Assembly: GCA_965248535.1 (NCBI GenBank)
Contig: CBDFJR010000005.1
Location: forward strand, 160,001 to 224,000
DNA length: 64,000 nt
Direction of reading: 5' to 3'
Source: Phormidesmis sp.
Lineage (GTDB): Bacteria > Cyanobacteriota > Cyanobacteriia > Leptolyngbyales > Leptolyngbyaceae
Of the stretch, positions 41,227-51,997 are shown piece by piece. Within the stretch, counting starts at the first letter, position 1, and every line of letters begins with the position of its first letter. Under the pieces are notes generated by a model. That model ran no database searches, was not told the origin of the DNA, and was given only the letters and a program-made list of their open reading frames with translations. Position numbers and translations under genes: made by a program.

Positions 41227-41607
41227 ATGATGCAAGGGATTGTTGATCAAAACTGTGAAGCGACAATTCGACTGGTCGTAGGCAATGCAGACTCCCAAAG
41301 GCAAACGAATGCTGTCATTGATAGGGGGTTCACAGGCTTTCTGACTCTGCCTTTGTCAGTGCTGACTAGTCTCAACTTACGAGCATATAGACGTGAAGCG
41401 GGAACCTTAGGGGACGGCAGCAGTTGTATTTTTGACGTGTATAGTGGCTTCGTCATTTGGGATGGGGCATTTCGGCGAATTGATGTCAATGCAGCCGAGA
41501 CAGTTCCTTTAGTTGGGATGAGTTTGCTCTACGGCTATCGAGTGCAGTTTGATACGATCGAGGGTGGTGCGGTTACGATTCCGTCATTGAGCAGTTTGAG
41601 TGAATGA
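41227..41607 (+). CDS. Clan AA (retropepsin-like) aspartic protease, AF_0612-type, with altered catalytic motif
   Basis: AVIDRGFTGFLTLP (canonical DTGF), LGDGS, PLVGMSLL. Confidence 0.8.
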   Translation: MMQGIVDQNCEATIRLVVGNADSQRQTNAVIDRGFTGFLTLPLSVLTSLNLRAYRREAGTLGDGSSCIFDVYSGFVIWDGAFRRIDVNAAETVPLVGMSLLYGYRVQFDTIEGGAVTIPSLSSLSE

Positions 41608-41749
41608 TTAATTTCTTTTAGAAACGCGCCCTAAAGACCGTTTCTCAAGAAAATTAATTTCCAACTGGATTAAACCCGATCGCGGATCACTTGTGTAATC
41701 CTGGATCATGCACAAAAAATTGCATCCTCACCCCTAAAAGGACACTCTC

Positions 41750-42904
41750 ATGGACGACAAGTTGATGCTGATGATTCCGGGCCCGACCCCGGTGCCAGAG
41801 CAGGTTTTGCTAGCGATGGCGAAGCATCCGATCGGGCATCGCAGCGCTGACTTTGGCAAAATTATGGCAGAAGTCACCGCTAATTTAAAATGGCTACACC
41901 AAACCCAAAATGACGTGCTGATTCTCACGGCCAGCGGCACTGGTGTGATGGAAGCTGGGATTATTAATTTTCTGAGTCCGGGCGATCGGGTGTTGGTCGG
42001 CTCTAATGGCAAGTTTGGCGAACGCTGGGCAGAAGTCACTGATGCCTATGGGCTAACCACCGAGCGGATCACGGCTGAATGGGGCAAACCCCTTGACCCT
42101 GAGCAGTTTCGGCTGGCTTTAGAAGCAGATGTTGACAAGCAAATCAAAGCCGTCGTGATCACCCACAGCGAAACCTCAACGGGGGTGATTAACGATCTTG
42201 AAACGATTAATCGTCACGTTAAAGCCCACGGCAAGGCGCTGATTATCGTCGATACGGTGACAAGTTTAGGGGCAACGAACGTTCCGGTGGATGCTTGGGG
42301 TCTAGATGTGGTCGCATCGGGTTCGCAAAAAGGCTACATGATTCCGCCGGGGCTAGGGTTTGTGGCGGTCAGCGCCAAAGCCTGGGATGCTTATAAAACG
42401 GCAAAATTGCCTCGCTATTATCTAGACTTGGGCAAATATCGCAAAGATGCCGCCAAAAATACGACTCCGTTCACGCCGCCGATCAATCTGTTTTTTGCGC
42501 TGCAAGCGGCGCTGAGAATGATGCAGGCAGAAGGGCTAGAGGCAATTTTTGCTCGTCACCACCGACTGTTGGCGGCCACTCGTGCGGCGGTGCAGGCGAT
42601 GGCGATGCCGTTGTTGGCAGCCGATGGCTGTGCAAGTCCGGCGATTACGGCGGTGATGCCGAGTGGAGTCGATGCCGAGCAGATTCGATCGGTGATGAAG
42701 AAGCGGTTTGACATCGTGCTAGCAGGTGGACAGGATCACCTCAAGGGCAAGATTTTTCGGATTGGTCACTTGGGCTTTGTCAGCGATCGCGATGTGCTAA
42801 CGGCGATCGCGGCCCTAGAAGCCACCCTGCAAGAGTTAGGTCATGAAGGCTTTACGTCAGGTGCCGGGGTTGCGGCGGCGGCGAAGGTGTTTGCCAGCGC
42901 TTAG
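41750..42904 (+). CDS. Class V PLP aminotransferase (alanine/serine-glyoxylate aminotransferase family)
   Basis: MIPGPTPVP, HSETSTG, SGSQKG (PLP Lys), FRIGHLG. Confidence 0.93.
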   Translation: MDDKLMLMIPGPTPVPEQVLLAMAKHPIGHRSADFGKIMAEVTANLKWLHQTQNDVLILTASGTGVMEAGIINFLSPGDRVLVGSNGKFGERWAEVTDAYGLTTERITAEWGKPLDPEQFRLALEADVDKQIKAVVITHSETSTGVINDLETINRHVKAHGKALIIVDTVTSLGATNVPVDAWGLDVVASGSQKGYMIPPGLGFVAVSAKAWDAYKTAKLPRYYLDLGKYRKDAAKNTTPFTPPINLFFALQAALRMMQAEGLEAIFARHHRLLAATRAAVQAMAMPLLAADGCASPAITAVMPSGVDAEQIRSVMKKRFDIVLAGGQDHLKGKIFRIGHLGFVSDRDVLTAIAALEATLQELGHEGFTSGAGVAAAAKVFASA

Positions 42905-43039
42905 ATCTGGATGGGGACATTTGATCAAAGATTAGGGATTAGGATCGAACGTCTGTGCTGGACACTGCATTGCTGCGCCTTTGTGGATCAGACTGGTTTG
43001 AGTGATTTAGTCCACGATCGTAAGAATGTCCCTATCGCA

Positions 43040-44254
43040 TCACGGCTGCCACCGCTTGTTAAATTCGCCCAATTGATAAGCTTGATAGGTCGATCGCCAG
43101 TCGAGTTCTCTGATTAAAACGCCTTCTTTAATCGAGACCTGAACTTTTGCCGAGTCTGAATGGATTGTTTTAGCAACAGGCTCTTTTTGATAAGTCTGAA
43201 TTACATCAAGATTAAAAATTAGCCCATATAAAAGCTGTAGCCCGATCAAAAAGCTTAAATATCGAGTCTTTTTGACCCGATCGGAGGTTGCAATGAAATA
43301 AGTGACGCTAAACAAGATTGGCAGCAGATAAGCATATTCATGGGGAAGCTTGAAAAACATGATTTCGTTGTAGATAAGGCACCACAAAGCGCCATGAAAC
43401 AGCAGTTTTTCGACCCGAATCTTTTGAAAAGGATTCGTCACCATTTTCTGAAAGAAGCCGTTGTCTTGAATCAAGAATATGACCAGCAAAATAAACGCGG
43501 GAAGCCCCCAGAAGTAAATATTTTTGTAGAAAAATCTGGCTAGAATGCCGATAAATCCACCAGCGGCATCTGGGCCAACGGCTAAAAATGACAGGGACAT
43601 CCCAGAAGCGAAAAAAACAGGCAAATAGAACCCACCAGTCGCCACCAAAAAAATTAGAAACCCCTGAATCAGTGAGTTTCTGAGCTTGGGGGTTTCATGG
43701 GTGTAAGGAACGTAGAGGAGAAACGCGATCGCGCCCATTGGCCCATAGGTCAACCGCGAACAAACCGCCGCCGCAAACAGCAACCCAGCCCATCTCGGCT
43801 TTTCTTTAATGAGAATAAAGAGTCCTAAACTAAAGAAAAATGCGCCATAAACGTAGTCCATTGAGGTGGTAGAGGCAATGATCCAAAAGGGATTTGACGC
43901 AATGGCTAACACCGATAAAGCTGCGATCAAAGAAGTCGTTATTCTCAACAGCAGCCTATAGAAAATAAATAAACTGGAGACAGAAAGCGCAATCGAAATG
44001 AAGTTTGCAAGATAGAATCCTCCAATCTCAGACGCTAGCCCGATCGTCAATTCTGGAATTAAATTGCCTTGAAACCGAGACGGAACATACTTCCCCTCGC
44101 TGATTAATATTTTCCAAGTGTTTAGCATCCGATAGGTATCGTCGTCATTTCCATAGCCGTGACCATTGAGGGCAAAAATGCCGTAACCGATCGCTAAGAG
44201 ACCTAGAATCCAATAAATGTTAACGGGCTGAGACGGTTTTATTGCTTGAGTCAT
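43040..44254 (-). CDS. Multi-pass membrane protein, possible GT-C glycosyltransferase
   Basis: GYGNDDD acidic loop after the first TM, many TM helices; last gene of the polysaccharide cluster. Confidence 0.6.
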   Translation of the reverse strand: MTQAIKPSQPVNIYWILGLLAIGYGIFALNGHGYGNDDDTYRMLNTWKILISEGKYVPSRFQGNLIPELTIGLASEIGGFYLANFISIALSVSSLFIFYRLLLRITTSLIAALSVLAIASNPFWIIASTTSMDYVYGAFFFSLGLFILIKEKPRWAGLLFAAAVCSRLTYGPMGAIAFLLYVPYTHETPKLRNSLIQGFLIFLVATGGFYLPVFFASGMSLSFLAVGPDAAGGFIGILARFFYKNIYFWGLPAFILLVIFLIQDNGFFQKMVTNPFQKIRVEKLLFHGALWCLIYNEIMFFKLPHEYAYLLPILFSVTYFIATSDRVKKTRYLSFLIGLQLLYGLIFNLDVIQTYQKEPVAKTIHSDSAKVQVSIKEGVLIRELDWRSTYQAYQLGEFNKRWQP

Positions 44255-44279
44255 TGCGATTACTCCCCACGAGTTGATT

Positions 44280-45665
44280 CTAAGATTTGCTCCCCAACGC
44301 GGCTGCATAATAGTGACGAGCCGCGATCGTGATGCCGATAAAACTCCACAACACCATGCCAAACGCACTTAACATCACATTATTTAACCCAATCTGAGAA
44401 AAAGTAGCGATCGCGATCGCTCGTGCTGCACTCATAAACGAATCACTAATCACATCACGACTTTGAATCAAACTCGCAATCAGCAATAGCAATCCTCCCA
44501 GATAAGGCAACAGCCCGATCCATCCCAACGTTAACAGCAACGTTAAAATTCCACTATCGTTGCTGCCAATGTTAGCGTTTTTAATCACAAATCCCATTCC
44601 TAAACCTGAAACATTAGTCACAGCACTGGTCAGAATCGTGTTATAACCTTGCGATCGATCAGCATAACTCACGTCATTTTGTCCTGAAAAGACGCTTTGA
44701 ACACGAGCACTGATTACTGATGCAAACGGATCAATGGTCGTCAACGGCAACACAACAATCATCATGACTAAAAGCGTTAAAATAAGCTGCATTTGCAGTT
44801 TTGGCTTCAGTGATGGTAAAAACACGACTAAGGCAACCACCCAACTCAGCCACGCCGATCGGGCCAGCGACAGCAACAGTGAGAGATAGCCTACGCTAGA
44901 TGCTGGAAATCGCAACGCGCTGCGACTAGCAAACAGTAAAAATAATCCTGCCACCATCACACACGCGAATGGCTGCGGAGACTGCATCGTGCTAAACACC
45001 CTGATTCCTAAAGGGTTTGGCGTTCCAAACACCAGGGTTGCTTGGTTTTGCAGCCAAAAACGATCCCATCCTGGCGCAATTAAAAACTGCACGACTCCAT
45101 AAGCGCCCATCACCAACACGCCCCACACAAACACGCGCTGAAGCGTCTGGCGCAAATCGGGATAGATGCGCCAATGGGCATACAGATGATAGCCAAATGC
45201 AACCGGAGCCAGCCAATTCAGCAAGGGAACGATCACCGTCTGTGGGGGCGAATTAATTAATCCCACCAAAAAACCATAGATCACTCCCGTCATGCAAAGC
45301 ACAAACGGCAACCCTCCCCCTTTGAGCGCTTTGGGCAACCCCTTAGCGAAGGTGATCAGAGAGACGATCGTGACCAAAAACGGAGCCAACAACACCGGGC
45401 TAGGATCAACCCATCCCGCCTGCACGTCTACGAGTCGGCGCACAAAGGCCGCCAAAAACCAAATCCACCACGTAAACCCCACATAGAGCAAGGGATATCG
45501 CCAATAGAGAAATATCCCGATCGCCAGCGACCCCGCCGGAAACGCATAGCGCAGCACTCCTCCCGCGTGCACCACCAGACAAAGCGCTGAAAACAGCACC
45601 AGGCTGAGAATCGCGATCCAGGCGGGGGCAGGGTAGAAGAGGCGAGAAGGCGCAGAAGAAGTCAT
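44280..45665 (-). CDS. O-antigen ligase/Wzy-like polymerase
   Basis: About 11-12 TM helices; RVFST and LSLARSAW motifs. Confidence 0.7.
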   Translation of the reverse strand: MTSSAPSRLFYPAPAWIAILSLVLFSALCLVVHAGGVLRYAFPAGSLAIGIFLYWRYPLLYVGFTWWIWFLAAFVRRLVDVQAGWVDPSPVLLAPFLVTIVSLITFAKGLPKALKGGGLPFVLCMTGVIYGFLVGLINSPPQTVIVPLLNWLAPVAFGYHLYAHWRIYPDLRQTLQRVFVWGVLVMGAYGVVQFLIAPGWDRFWLQNQATLVFGTPNPLGIRVFSTMQSPQPFACVMVAGLFLLFASRSALRFPASSVGYLSLLLSLARSAWLSWVVALVVFLPSLKPKLQMQLILTLLVMMIVVLPLTTIDPFASVISARVQSVFSGQNDVSYADRSQGYNTILTSAVTNVSGLGMGFVIKNANIGSNDSGILTLLLTLGWIGLLPYLGGLLLLIASLIQSRDVISDSFMSAARAIAIATFSQIGLNNVMLSAFGMVLWSFIGITIAARHYYAAALGSKS

Positions 45666-46795
45666 GGCGAAAGGGCTTTTTCATAGCATCGAAGATTGTC
45701 TTGAGCCACCCGTGACCATTGATAGGTTTGAGCCGTGTGGTAGGCACTGCGGCGGAGTCGATCGAGCCAGTCACGATCGCGGATCAACTGCTCTAGTGCC
45801 TGCTCGATTGCATCGCTGTCTCGGCAGGGAATCACGATCGCGTCTTTGCCATCTTGCACAATCTCTAGCGGGCCGGGTGTAGCAGTGGTGATCGGCGCTA
45901 AACCGCAGGCCATGGCCTCAATCAGAGCCACGCCAAACCCTTCTGAAATAGTGGGAAAAAGCTTGATGTGATGACCCTTGAGCAAGGTTGGCAGCGTGTT
46001 ATTAGCGTAGTAGGGAACGACGTTGACGCGATCGCGCACGGCCGGATCAAACTCAGCATAGACTTCTGCGGCAGGCCGTTCTGTGCCTAACATGCTGACC
46101 TCAACGTGGGGATGGCGCTGAAGAATGCGATTAAGCGCAGGCGTACCGTATTGAATGCCCTTGCGGAGGATATAGCTGCTGACCTGGGCAATTCGCAACG
46201 GCTCACCCTGGGCAGGAGTCGGCTCAAACGGCAGATTGAGATAGTGATCAGGAATGCCGTTAGGAACGATGTGCGCCCGATCGGGGTGAATGCCTAACTG
46301 ATCAATCACGTATTGACGATCGCGCTGATTGAGCAACAAAACCACATCGGCATAGCGCATTGAAGTAGCGGCTTCCCAGAGGCGAATGCTGCCGCGATAG
46401 AGCGGATATTTCCAACTCAGGCGCAGGTTGCCCCGTCGCGCTTCTTCCAAATATTCTAGGTGCTCAATGTGCTCTAAGCCGTGGCACCGCGCCACCAAAA
46501 GCGGCCGACGCTGGCGAAACTTGCTCAACAGAGTAGCCCACATCCAGGCATCTCCGGTGGAGGCATCGACGATATCAACCGCGTGCTGGTCTAGCAGTTG
46601 AGAAATCTGACGCGCCACAAAAATTGGAAAAGCAGAGAATCTGGCCAGTTTATGAAGTCGCTCTGGCACATTGTCAAGGGAGTAATAATGAACGTCGTGG
46701 CCTAACTTTTGATATTCTTGACCAAGCCGCCAAGTGACACCCGCCGCACCCGCGTTGACATCAAAGGGATAATGACAAGTGAATAGAGTTTTCAT
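45662..46795 (-). CDS. Glycosyltransferase family 4
   Basis: VPNGI, RKG, SEGFGVALIEAMACG. Confidence 0.92.
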   Translation of the reverse strand: MKTLFTCHYPFDVNAGAAGVTWRLGQEYQKLGHDVHYYSLDNVPERLHKLARFSAFPIFVARQISQLLDQHAVDIVDASTGDAWMWATLLSKFRQRRPLLVARCHGLEHIEHLEYLEEARRGNLRLSWKYPLYRGSIRLWEAATSMRYADVVLLLNQRDRQYVIDQLGIHPDRAHIVPNGIPDHYLNLPFEPTPAQGEPLRIAQVSSYILRKGIQYGTPALNRILQRHPHVEVSMLGTERPAAEVYAEFDPAVRDRVNVVPYYANNTLPTLLKGHHIKLFPTISEGFGVALIEAMACGLAPITTATPGPLEIVQDGKDAIVIPCRDSDAIEQALEQLIRDRDWLDRLRRSAYHTAQTYQWSRVAQDNLRCYEKALSP

Positions 46796-47931
46796 CGTGC
46801 AACGATCGCCTCATTAAACAGACGTTCTAACTTTTCAAAATGAGTTTGGGCATTAAATTTACGCTCGACAAGTGTGCGCCCTTGATGGCCCATCTGCTGT
46901 CTTAATTCAGGATTTTGAATCAGTTGATGAATGCTGTGAGCAAGGGCAACGCGATCGCCACGTTCAATGAGTAAGCCATTCTCGCCATGAACAATAATTT
47001 CAGGAATAGCATTCACTCGCGTGGTAATAATCGGCAACCCTGCCGCCATCGCTTCTAAAAACACCCACGGCGTGCAGTCAGAATAGGTGGGCATCACAAA
47101 CAGATCAGCGTCTCGATAGAGGTTGAGCCATTCGGGTGTGTAGGCTTTGATGTCGTGATAGAGGTGCACGTTAGGATGATCACAAGCGGGTCTAGCCTCT
47201 GTGACTAGATGTAGGTTAGCGCGATCGCTGAATTGATCGAGAAAAACCTCTAAAAGATCATTGCCCCCTTTGCGTTCAAAATCTATGCCGATGAACAGAA
47301 TATTGGGAAGCGCTCGATCGGGCTGGTTAGATGCAGGCGTAATCTGATCGGCGTTGATTCCGGTATAGACAGTCACCACTTTTGCGGGTTCTATTCCATA
47401 ATCATGAATGACAGATTGGCGCGCCGCTTCAGAAAAACTGAGAATTTTTTGAGCCGTTTGAAAAACCTTTCTCTCTAAGTAGATATTGGGTGCATAAGTC
47501 CAGTGAAAACCAAGATCGGTGTGGTCTCTGGCTGCCTGCTTTGCAGTCCGATCGATGCTGACGATCGTAGGATATTTCCGCATTAAATCGAGACAGAGAA
47601 ACGCTAGAGGCTGGGTGTGAATATGTAGAGCAGCATAGTCTGCTTTACCCAAATTTCGGATCAGAACTCGTCTTGATAAATAGGCCAGGGCAATTTGAAA
47701 TCGAAATAGAAAAAGGTCAAAGTTTTGCTTCCGAATCCAGCGACTTGATGAATAATGACTTAAGAGGCGACGCAAGATTTTGCTATGCAATTCTCGGTCT
47801 TGATCGTGCCAATAAAAATCAACCGTGCAGGCATCTGATTGACGGAAGTAATTTTGCATCAGTTGCCCATAGGTTCGGTGGCCTATGTAGCCTTCAATGA
47901 CTGAAAAAATTCGAGGCGTGTTGATCATCAT
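46792..47931 (-). CDS. Glycosyltransferase family 4
   Basis: FERKGG, ADLFVMPT, FLEAMAAGLPII. Confidence 0.92.
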   Translation of the reverse strand: MMINTPRIFSVIEGYIGHRTYGQLMQNYFRQSDACTVDFYWHDQDRELHSKILRRLLSHYSSSRWIRKQNFDLFLFRFQIALAYLSRRVLIRNLGKADYAALHIHTQPLAFLCLDLMRKYPTIVSIDRTAKQAARDHTDLGFHWTYAPNIYLERKVFQTAQKILSFSEAARQSVIHDYGIEPAKVVTVYTGINADQITPASNQPDRALPNILFIGIDFERKGGNDLLEVFLDQFSDRANLHLVTEARPACDHPNVHLYHDIKAYTPEWLNLYRDADLFVMPTYSDCTPWVFLEAMAAGLPIITTRVNAIPEIIVHGENGLLIERGDRVALAHSIHQLIQNPELRQQMGHQGRTLVERKFNAQTHFEKLERLFNEAIVAR

Positions 47932-47944
47932 AGAAGGATAACCG

Positions 47945-49111
47945 CTACATTTTTGTCGTGTTGAGTAACGTTTTTTCTACTCCACTAATCATGCTTTCTA
48001 AGCTGAATTTTTTAACGACATGATCAGAGCATCGCTGCCCCAATCCTGGATCGGTTTCTCGCCAATGAATCACCTCAGAAATTCGATTAGCCAAAGCTTT
48101 TTCGTCTCTAGGAGTCACTAAATTAGCGGCAAGCTCTCCTGTTAAAATCTCAGGAATTCCGCCAACATGACTCGCGACAACGGGCGTTCCACAAGCCAGA
48201 GATTCGATGATTGAGCGACCAAACGGTTCAGACCAGGTGCTAGGTAAAACGCTGATATCACTAGTTTGATAAAGAGCAGCGGGATTGGATAAGTGACCTA
48301 AAAACTGGACGCGATCTTCAATGCCTAAATCTTTGGCTAATTGCTCTAGCGATCGCTGATATTTCAGTCCTTCTTCTTCGCATTCTGCGCCTTTTAACAG
48401 ACTGAAATGAACCACAGGTCTACCAGCGATCATCAGCTTAATATCTGGCTCTTGATGGGCTAAAAGCGCGACCGCTTTGATCAGATATTCAAGCCCCTTG
48501 TCTTGATCGATTCGACCTGCATAGGCGATGACCTTTGCGGGTTCAGAAATCCCCCAAGATTTGCGAGTTGCTAAGAAATCTGAGGCAGGCTTGAATTGGT
48601 GGATATCAGTGCCATTGTGCACCACTTCAATTTTTGAGTCAGGCAGCCCATAGTCAACCCAACTCTGCTTAGTTTGATGAGAAACGGTAATGTAGCGATC
48701 GACGCGATCGAGGGCAAAGCGATTTTGGCGATTAAGCTCACAGGAAGGAATCTGAAAATAGCAGACAAAGGGTAGCCCTCTGAGCCGCGATAAAAGATAG
48801 CCAAACGTGACGGTGTGGCAGACGTTGCTAAACACAATGCTGTCGTCATGAACTGGAATTTTGCCGATTCCGGCCACATTGCGAACAAACTGCAAAATAT
48901 TTTTGGGCTTGCGGCGATCGAAGCCATAGGCATCAATGTGTAAGGTCGAGTCGCAAAACTCACGATATTGATCGAGCAAATTACCGTTTCGTTCATAGAG
49001 CAAGGTGATTTTGTGGCCGCGATCGGCTAAATCACGACAGATTTCTAGCAGATTGCGCTCTTGACCGCCTCGCATTGAGGTTGGCTCTTGTTCTAAAGCA
49101 ATTAAGTGCAT
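47945..49111 (-). CDS. Glycosyltransferase family 4
   Basis: GGQE, VHNG, AGRIDQDKG, EPFGRSIIESLACG. Confidence 0.92.
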   Translation of the reverse strand: MHLIALEQEPTSMRGGQERNLLEICRDLADRGHKITLLYERNGNLLDQYREFCDSTLHIDAYGFDRRKPKNILQFVRNVAGIGKIPVHDDSIVFSNVCHTVTFGYLLSRLRGLPFVCYFQIPSCELNRQNRFALDRVDRYITVSHQTKQSWVDYGLPDSKIEVVHNGTDIHQFKPASDFLATRKSWGISEPAKVIAYAGRIDQDKGLEYLIKAVALLAHQEPDIKLMIAGRPVVHFSLLKGAECEEEGLKYQRSLEQLAKDLGIEDRVQFLGHLSNPAALYQTSDISVLPSTWSEPFGRSIIESLACGTPVVASHVGGIPEILTGELAANLVTPRDEKALANRISEVIHWRETDPGLGQRCSDHVVKKFSLESMISGVEKTLLNTTKM

Positions 49112-49176
49112 TGATTCTCCTCTGGTGTCTCAGTAGATGGGTCAGCGCTTAGGAATTCAATCCGCCCTGTTTCTTT

Positions 49177-51042
49177 TTAGCGATCGGGTTTCACATCTAC
49201 TCCATGCTGCATCTGGTGATAGTTCCATAGTTTGCCGCGTAGATTGAGTAGTTCTTGATAGGTTCCTTGTTCGACTATTTGACCTTGTTCTAAAACGACT
49301 ACTTTATCGGCCCGAATAATTGTTGATAAACGGTGCGCGATCGCAATCACGGTGCGTCCTTCTGAGATGTCTTCTAGTGATTGTTGAATCAATCGTTCCG
49401 ACACTGAATCTAGAGCGCTGGTGGCTTCATCAAGAATCAGAATTTCAGGGTTCCGCAAGAGAGCACGAGCGATCGCGAGGCGCTGCCGTTGACCTCCCGA
49501 TAGCCGCACACCCCGATCGCCCAGCATGGTCTCAAACTGGTGCGGCATTTCTAAAATGAAATCCATTGCATTAGCCTGCCTCGCAGCATTCCAGACTTGA
49601 GAATCGCTGACGTTTTCTAGCCCATAGGCGATGTTGTAGCGCACCGATGCGTTAAAAATAAATGTGTCTTGACTGACGATCGCCATCCTTTGCCGCAGAG
49701 AGTTTGTGGAGAACGATCGCAGATCTCGTCCATCGATCAAAATCTGTCCCTGTGTCGGGTCATAAAAGCGCGGAATCAAATCGACCAGCGTTGTTTTTCC
49801 GGCACCCGATGCCCCGATTAGCGCCGTCATTTTGCCTCGCGGAATCGTCAGTGTGATGTCTCTCAGCACCGGGCAATGGAGATCGTAACCAAACTCGACC
49901 GCCACGAACTCGATCGCCGTTTTCAAGCCCGCAAACGGCTGAGTTCCCTCTAGCAAATAGGGCTTGTTATCGCTGCGAAGCACGTCGGTAAGGTTAGCGA
50001 TCGTGCCCCCATAGCTGCTTAACTGAGCTCGATTTCCATTCAACTCATGCACCGCCGGAACGAGTCGAAATAAGATAAACAAAAACGTCAGCAGTGACGC
50101 AGTTTGCAGCGTTCCGTTGGCGACAAAGATGGTGATCGCCACGATGATCATGCTGATTAAAACGGTGGTGGCTAGCCCTTCGGCCACAGGTCGCACTAAG
50201 GCGCTACGGGTTGCTGCTTTCATGCTGGTTTTGAGCATCGCTTGGCTAGAGTCATAAAAGCGTTTGCGCTCATAGTCTTGGGTTGCAGACGCTTGCACCG
50301 TGCGAATGCCGCTAATAAACTCTAGGGAAATCGTGGTAAACGCCCCGGCTGCGGTTGACATAGCAAAACTGCTTTCACGCACTCGCGCATTTAGACCAGA
50401 TAACCCCAACGCCAACAGGGTAAACAACGTCAACGCGATCACGGTTAACTGCCAGGAGATTGTGAACATCAACGCAGCGTAGACGACGAGCGTTGCGCCT
50501 TTGGTGATCATATAAGCGATGAGTGAGAATGCTGACTGCAATCGACCTAGCTCACCCGTCAGTGTGTTGATCAACTGGCCAGAACTTGTCTTGCCAAAAT
50601 AGCTGAGGCTGACTGCTTGCAGTTGCTCAAAAATCTGTTTGCGGAGCCGATCGACCAGCTTTTGTTGGGTTAACTCGGTGTAAACCTGAGTTAAATAGTT
50701 AAATCCGGCTCGAATCCAAGTGGAGGCGAGAATCAAACCCGACACTCGATAAAGCCGACTCGTTGAGGAGGCATTAATTCCCAAAATCCACACGTCGAAC
50801 CAGTTCAACCCAGTCTGAAACGGTTTAATCGTCGGGCTAACGAGACTTTGCAGAAACGCGAGCAGGAATCCGAATCCAAATCCTTCAAACGATGCCGCAC
50901 ACAGCGCAAACACGATCGCCGCGATCGCAACCACCGGAAAGTATTGAAACTCTCTCAAAATCAAGGAGTTGTCGCGCCAAAAGCGAGTTGCTTTGACCCC
51001 ACTCCGCACCACCTTGGGAAGCTTAAATCGCATGGATATCAA
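49177..51042 (-). CDS. hepA: HepA-like ABC transporter (TMD+NBD)
   Basis: GASGAGKT, LSGGQRQR, ILDEATSALD; downstream of a hepC-like gene. Confidence 0.82.
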   Translation of the reverse strand: MISMRFKLPKVVRSGVKATRFWRDNSLILREFQYFPVVAIAAIVFALCAASFEGFGFGFLLAFLQSLVSPTIKPFQTGLNWFDVWILGINASSTSRLYRVSGLILASTWIRAGFNYLTQVYTELTQQKLVDRLRKQIFEQLQAVSLSYFGKTSSGQLINTLTGELGRLQSAFSLIAYMITKGATLVVYAALMFTISWQLTVIALTLFTLLALGLSGLNARVRESSFAMSTAAGAFTTISLEFISGIRTVQASATQDYERKRFYDSSQAMLKTSMKAATRSALVRPVAEGLATTVLISMIIVAITIFVANGTLQTASLLTFLFILFRLVPAVHELNGNRAQLSSYGGTIANLTDVLRSDNKPYLLEGTQPFAGLKTAIEFVAVEFGYDLHCPVLRDITLTIPRGKMTALIGASGAGKTTLVDLIPRFYDPTQGQILIDGRDLRSFSTNSLRQRMAIVSQDTFIFNASVRYNIAYGLENVSDSQVWNAARQANAMDFILEMPHQFETMLGDRGVRLSGGQRQRLAIARALLRNPEILILDEATSALDSVSERLIQQSLEDISEGRTVIAIAHRLSTIIRADKVVVLEQGQIVEQGTYQELLNLRGKLWNYHQMQHGVDVKPDR

Positions 51043-51067
51043 TGAAAGAGGTTTAGTTGGCTTAACG

Positions 51068-51997
51068 TCAATACGCCCCGAATCCCGACAGCACTTTAGG
51101 CACGGTTCTGAGAAGGATTTTGAAATCTTTGGCTAGAGACCAGTTTCGCAGATAGTCCAAATCGAGATCGCTCACTTTGTCGATATCTAACAGATGCGAT
51201 CGGGCTTGAATCTGCCAGGCCCCCGTGATTCCCGGCAGCGCATTTAATCGCTCCAACAGATCGGGACGAATGCGAACAGCATCATAAAGCGCCCAAGGTC
51301 TTGGCCCCACGAGGCTCATTTCGCCCAGCAGCACATTCAATAGCTGGGGCAACTCATCAAAGCTATATTTTCGCAGCCATCTGCCCAGAGGCGTAATCCG
51401 AGGGTCGTCGTCCCGCTTGTGCAGGTTGGTGTGCATTTGGTCTGCCATGACTTGATGATGAGAGTCTTCGGCGTTAACCGTCATTGTGCGAAACTTTAGC
51501 ACTCTAAACAGTTTGCCTCGCTGCCCCACGCGCCACTGTCTAAACAGCACCGGCCCAGGGGTAGAAGCCTTGATCAAAGCAGCGATCGTCAGCATCAGCG
51601 GACTCAGCACTATCAGCAACAATAACGCCAAACTGAAGTCTATCAACCGCTTGCAGCCCCAAAAAACGTGGGTGCGCTGCTGGGGGAGCTTAGAGGCAGT
51701 CGGCAACCTCAGATAGAACGTTTTGCGCGCCTGTTCGCAGGCGTTTGCCCAAAACCTCAGCCCAGACTCGCCCAGACTCGCATCGGCTCGCACGAGACGA
51801 ATGGGGGAGTGACTTAAACAGTCAATTAGCCGCCGCTGGTTGGTTAAGGGGGGAAGGTGGGAGGAGTGCTGCTGCGATCGCAAGACGATCAACTGCTTTT
51901 GTCGCCATTTCAAGACGCACGAAGGAGACTCAACCCCTGATCTCTCCCGAATGATAGAGCGGCTTTCCTGCAAAATTGGAGGGTTAAAAGTCGTCAT
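51068..51997 (-). CDS. hepC: HepC-like priming sugar transferase (phosphoglycosyl transferase)
   Basis: KRLIDF, KFRTM, DPRIT, DELPQLLNVLLGEMSLVGPRP; N-terminal extension with FWANACEQA. Confidence 0.85.
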   Translation of the reverse strand: MTTFNPPILQESRSIIRERSGVESPSCVLKWRQKQLIVLRSQQHSSHLPPLTNQRRLIDCLSHSPIRLVRADASLGESGLRFWANACEQARKTFYLRLPTASKLPQQRTHVFWGCKRLIDFSLALLLLIVLSPLMLTIAALIKASTPGPVLFRQWRVGQRGKLFRVLKFRTMTVNAEDSHHQVMADQMHTNLHKRDDDPRITPLGRWLRKYSFDELPQLLNVLLGEMSLVGPRPWALYDAVRIRPDLLERLNALPGITGAWQIQARSHLLDIDKVSDLDLDYLRNWSLAKDFKILLRTVPKVLSGFGAY

